Below, piece by piece: positions 28,848-32,000 of a stretch of 32,000 nt of DNA. A model generated the notes under the pieces. It ran no database searches. It saw nothing but the letters and a program-made list of their open reading frames with translations, and was not told the DNA's origin. The stretch lies in NCBI RefSeq assembly GCF_000195955.2, contig NC_000962.3, positions 2,700,001 through 2,732,000 on the forward strand. Reading direction: 5' to 3'. The stretch comes from Mycobacterium tuberculosis H37Rv. Lineage in GTDB: Bacteria; Actinomycetota; Actinomycetes; Mycobacteriales; Mycobacteriaceae. Each line of letters opens with the position of its first letter. Position 1 is the first letter of the stretch. The position numbers and the translations under genes are program-made.

Positions 28848-29134
28848 TGTGCTGATGGATCAGAACGTCCGCTCGCACGCCGGACACCGCGCCGCGCACC
28901 GAGGTAGCCGACGCTAGCCACCAGGAACGGGACCAAATAATTGATCACCATCCGTACCCACGTGCCGATCGTCGCGGCGCCCTCGGCAAGGGTGGCACCC
29001 TGATTCACCGCACATAGCACGGTACCCACGATCAGCGCCGTCGGAGCTGCGGTGCGCAGGGTGTGGCCGCGCAGAAACAGACCGATCGCTTGGCCAACCG
29101 TGTCCCACCGCTCGTCAGCGTCGCGCAGGCCCAC
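28844..29134 (-). CDS. Small two-TM membrane protein, NrtS-like
   Basis: LRTAAPTALIVGTVLCAVNQGATLAEGAATIGTWVRMVINYLVPFLVASVGYLGARR. The VGTVL.xxNQG ... NYLVPFLV pattern resembles the NrtS nitrate/nitrite transporter family (recalled, unchecked). Confidence 0.7.
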   Translation of the reverse strand: MGLRDADERWDTVGQAIGLFLRGHTLRTAAPTALIVGTVLCAVNQGATLAEGAATIGTWVRMVINYLVPFLVASVGYLGARRGVRRASGRSDPSAQ

Positions 29135-30560
29135 GATGCTCGCCGGCCGCCGCTGGGGATTGGTGCAAGTCGCGGCGAATTGCCTGTTGCGCCTTCCTTT
29201 GCCGCTCGTCGATAACCCGACCCAGCTCCTGCAGCAGCATCGGCTTGTTCATCACGACCTGCTCAAGGTGCTCCCGGCCGATCTGCAGCGCGGTCACCTC
29301 TTCCAGCGCTACCGCACCGGCGGGGTCGGGTTGCCGAGTCAGCGCAGTCAAGCCCAGAAACGTGCCCTTTTTGAGGGTGGCAATCGCAACCACGGATCCG
29401 TCATCGGTCGTAACCGTCAGCCGCACGCTGCCGGCGATCACGAAGGTGATACCCATGGGAACCACACCCGCGTGCTGCACGATCTCATCAGTGCCGTAGC
29501 GCACCAGCCTCGCGTACCGAGCCAGCGACTGCTGATCGCTAGAGCTCAGTCGCAGCTCGGGCCCCACCACCGTGCGCAGGGCGGACTCCACACGTTCGGC
29601 CGTCGAGAACTCGTCGTCGGCCTCGTCGAGGTGTAGCCCTTCCCGACGCGCGGCGTACCAGACCCAGCGCAGAAACGTTGCCTGCGTTGGGCCTTCGTCG
29701 GCCGGTGATGTCAGCCTGACCGTCGTTCGATACTCGGCGGCTCCTCGGGCAATTGTGGCGGGCACGACCCCGGGCTTAACATGCGGTAGCGCGCTGGCAG
29801 CCCTGTTCAGCATGGCGCATACCTTGTCCGGGGGATCGGACGTGGAAAATGTGGTCGTGATCGAGCATTCGTGCGCCCCGGCCGGCCGGCTGAGATTGGT
29901 AAACGCGGTGGTGGCCAACATCGAGTTGGGCATGATCTGCAGTCCGCTGCCGGTGTCGATATGGACAGCCCGCCAGTTCACCTCGACGACTCGTCCGCGG
30001 GCTGTGGGTGTTTCCAACCAATCATCGATCCGAAAGGGCTGTTCGAACAGCATGAACAAGCCCGACACGATCTGGCCGACGGAGTTCTGCAGCATCAGGC
30101 CGATGACGACTGACGTCACACCTAACGCGGCGAACAGTCCACCGACCCGCACCCCCCAGATGTAGGACAGGATCACCGCCAAACCTATGCCGATCAGCGC
30201 GAAGCGCGCGACATCGACGAAGATGGCGGGTAGCCGCTTGCGCCAGCTCTGTTGGGGCGCACCCTGAAACAGGGTGGCATTCAGTAACGACAGCAGCAGC
30301 ACCAGCACCAGAAATCCGAACGCTGTCGTGAGCACCCGCACGGTGGGGTCCTCGGCCGGGACTTCAGATGCCTTGACAAGCAGCAGCAAAACCGCGCCCA
30401 GGGGTAGCAGGTAGTTTCGCAGCAGACTTGCCTGCCTGGCCAGATGGCTGTTCCGTCGGACGAGTATGTTGTGCAGTTCGGTGAGAACGATTAGCCCGGC
30501 CGGCAATCCGATCGCAATGCCAACGGCCCAGTAGAACCATGTCGAGTCGAGCAGGTTCAT
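29115..30560 (-). CDS. MscS-like mechanosensitive channel fused to C-terminal cyclic-nucleotide-binding domain
   Basis: ...ALGVTSVVIGLMLQNSVGQIVSGLFMLFEQPFRIDDWLETPTARGRVVEVNWRAVHIDTGSGLQIMPNSMLATTAFTNLS... plus ...RLVRYGTDEIVQHAGVVPMGITFVIAGSVRLTVTTDDGSVVAIATLKKGTFLGLTALTRQ... Matches Rv2434c. Confidence 0.93.
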   Translation of the reverse strand: MNLLDSTWFYWAVGIAIGLPAGLIVLTELHNILVRRNSHLARQASLLRNYLLPLGAVLLLLVKASEVPAEDPTVRVLTTAFGFLVLVLLLSLLNATLFQGAPQQSWRKRLPAIFVDVARFALIGIGLAVILSYIWGVRVGGLFAALGVTSVVIGLMLQNSVGQIVSGLFMLFEQPFRIDDWLETPTARGRVVEVNWRAVHIDTGSGLQIMPNSMLATTAFTNLSRPAGAHECSITTTFSTSDPPDKVCAMLNRAASALPHVKPGVVPATIARGAAEYRTTVRLTSPADEGPTQATFLRWVWYAARREGLHLDEADDEFSTAERVESALRTVVGPELRLSSSDQQSLARYARLVRYGTDEIVQHAGVVPMGITFVIAGSVRLTVTTDDGSVVAIATLKKGTFLGLTALTRQPDPAGAVALEEVTALQIGREHLEQVVMNKPMLLQELGRVIDERQRKAQQAIRRDLHQSPAAAGEHRGPARR

Positions 30561-32000
30561 GATCGCTCCGACAATCGGTAGATCGGCTCTTCTAACCCTC
30601 CGACAGAAATCGTGCCCGCAGCCGTGAACTGCCACACGTCTCGCATCGCCTCATACACCTGCGAGGTGACATAGATGCCGGGCTGTGGTGAACCGCTGTG
30701 CATTTGGTAGGCCAGACTCACTGCCGCGCCCCACATGTCGTAGACGACACTTGATCTGCCGACCAGCCCGCTAATGACGTCCCCGGTGTTGATACCGACT
30801 CGCAGGTGCAGATCGTTACCGGTTTGGCAATTGAACCGATCGACGATGCGCCGCATCTCTAGGGCGAAGTCGACGGTTCGGGGAATATTGTCCAGCCGTG
30901 GCGTGGTTACCCCGCAACCGGCGAGATAGCCATTGTGCAGCGTGCGAATGCGTTCGACACCAAGGTGTTCGGCGGCCGAATCGAACTGGCGGACCAGCTC
31001 GTCGACAATTTTGACCAGTTCGTTACCCGACAGGCCGCTGGAAATCTCGTCGACACCCAGGATGTCGGCAAACAGGACGGTGACATCTTGGTGCTCCTGC
31101 GCAATGGTCTGCTCCCCAAGGCGGTACCGCTCGACAACTGGCTCGGGCATCATCGATAGCAATAACCGGTCGTTTTCCTTGCGTTGCTCGTTGAGCAGCT
31201 CCTCTTTGGTTTGCAGATTCCGACTCATCTCGTTGAAAGCGGCTGTAAGATCACCGATTTCGTCGCGTGACTTTACCGGAATGTTGACTTCGTAGTCGCC
31301 TGCGCTGATCTTCTGGGTGCCAACCTCGAGCCGCCGGATTGGCCGCACCATCGCATGGGCGATCAGCATCGACGCCACACAGATGACGACAATGATGCCA
31401 ACTGTAACCAGCACAAGCGCCCTGCTGAACGACGCGACGGCCGCGAACGCCTCAGAATCGTTCCGCGTTGCCAGGATCGACCAGTGCAGATCGGAGTCCG
31501 GCACATTCAGCGGCGCGTAGGCCTCCAGTTCCCTGCTACCCGTGTAGTCGGTGGAGGTGACGGTTCCGGTCTGTCCGCGTTGGGCGGCGCGCAGTCCTTC
31601 GGTCGCAACAGGCTGCAGCAGCGTCGTCCCACCGAACTGGATCGCTCTGTTGACCACATCAAGTGACGTGCCTGCTGCCACAACCTGTTTCCGGTATTCC
31701 TCCGGGTCTTGCAGGAAGAGCCGAGAATCGGACCGCATCAGACTGTCCGGACCGGCGAGATAGGTTTCCGTCCCACTACCCATGCCAGCCGCTTGCCATT
31801 GCCTGTCGGCGGTCATGATCTTATTGATCTTGTCGATCGGCAACGGCAGCGCCAAAACGCCCTGAGTTTTGCCGCCCGCTTCGACCGGTGCCACCAACCA
31901 CGCGGTCGGCACGCCGAGTTGAGGCTGATACGGCTTGAAGTCGGTAATCCAGGTAAAGTCGACGGCGTTGGCGCCCAACGCTTTAAGGTAGGCGTCACGC
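30557..32000 (-). CDS. Class III adenylate/guanylate cyclase-like receptor (extracytoplasmic sensor, TM, HAMP, degenerate cyclase domain), truncated by window end
   Basis: ALVLVTVGIIVVICVASMLIAHAMVRPIRRLEVGTQKISAGDYEVNIPVKSRDEIGDLTAAFNEM (TM + HAMP), then DVTVLFADILGVDEISSGLSGNELVKIVDELVRQFD...LRVGINTGDVISGLVGRSSVVYDMWGAAVSLAYQM. The frame is open to the window edge. Matches Rv2435c. Confidence 0.93.
   Translation of the reverse strand, partial: RDAYLKALGANAVDFTWITDFKPYQPQLGVPTAWLVAPVEAGGKTQGVLALPLPIDKINKIMTADRQWQAAGMGSGTETYLAGPDSLMRSDSRLFLQDPEEYRKQVVAAGTSLDVVNRAIQFGGTTLLQPVATEGLRAAQRGQTGTVTSTDYTGSRELEAYAPLNVPDSDLHWSILATRNDSEAFAAVASFSRALVLVTVGIIVVICVASMLIAHAMVRPIRRLEVGTQKISAGDYEVNIPVKSRDEIGDLTAAFNEMSRNLQTKEELLNEQRKENDRLLLSMMPEPVVERYRLGEQTIAQEHQDVTVLFADILGVDEISSGLSGNELVKIVDELVRQFDSAAEHLGVERIRTLHNGYLAGCGVTTPRLDNIPRTVDFALEMRRIVDRFNCQTGNDLHLRVGINTGDVISGLVGRSSVVYDMWGAAVSLAYQMHSGSPQPGIYVTSQVYEAMRDVWQFTAAGTISVGGLEEPIYRLSERS

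Noticed and set aside
28437-32000. Calling the cyclase-like/channel cluster an established CBASS or Pycsar defence system
   Set aside because: No CD-NTase, no defence-specific effector, and the cyclase site is degenerate. Only the general sensor/effector architecture is similar, so it is reported as a hypothesis.
30557-32000. Complete length of the cyclase-like protein
   Set aside because: The frame remains open at the window edge, so its N-terminus and full sensor domain cannot be judged.

Overview
The window reads as a contiguous mycobacterial chromosome segment. Gene order and sequences match Mycobacterium tuberculosis Rv2402 (3' end) to Rv2435c (3' two thirds). From memory, window coordinate + 2,700,000 matches H37Rv numbering; for example ahpC starts at 26193 and the eis promoter resistance positions fall where expected. 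This identification was not checked by alignment. Supported content: lppR, lepA, a PemK/MazF-like protein, a CBS protein, an RNase Z-like MBL protein, PE24, the transglutaminase / alpha-E / circularly permuted ATP-grasp triad, rpsT, holA, comEC, comEA, eis, degV-like, octT-gpgP-rsfS-nadD, a decayed AbrB/VapC pair, an orphan methyltransferase, a decayed IS110-family transposase (IS1558-like), a VWA/MoxR pair, proA, an oxyR pseudogene, ahpC-ahpD, PPE41-PE25, and a tightly overlapping Rv2432c-Rv2435c cluster. The best leads are: (1) a degenerate class III cyclase-like receptor translationally coupled to an MscS channel with a cNMP-binding domain and a small NrtS-like membrane protein; (2) the uncharacterised ATP-grasp/alpha-E/transglutaminase triad, whose ATP-grasp protein has a C-terminal poly-Gln tract; (3) a VapBC relic with an in-frame amber codon; (4) a 20-bp tandem duplication of the moxR ribosome-binding/start region that creates a 7-codon upstream ORF. 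No CRISPR, tRNA, rRNA or prophage was seen.
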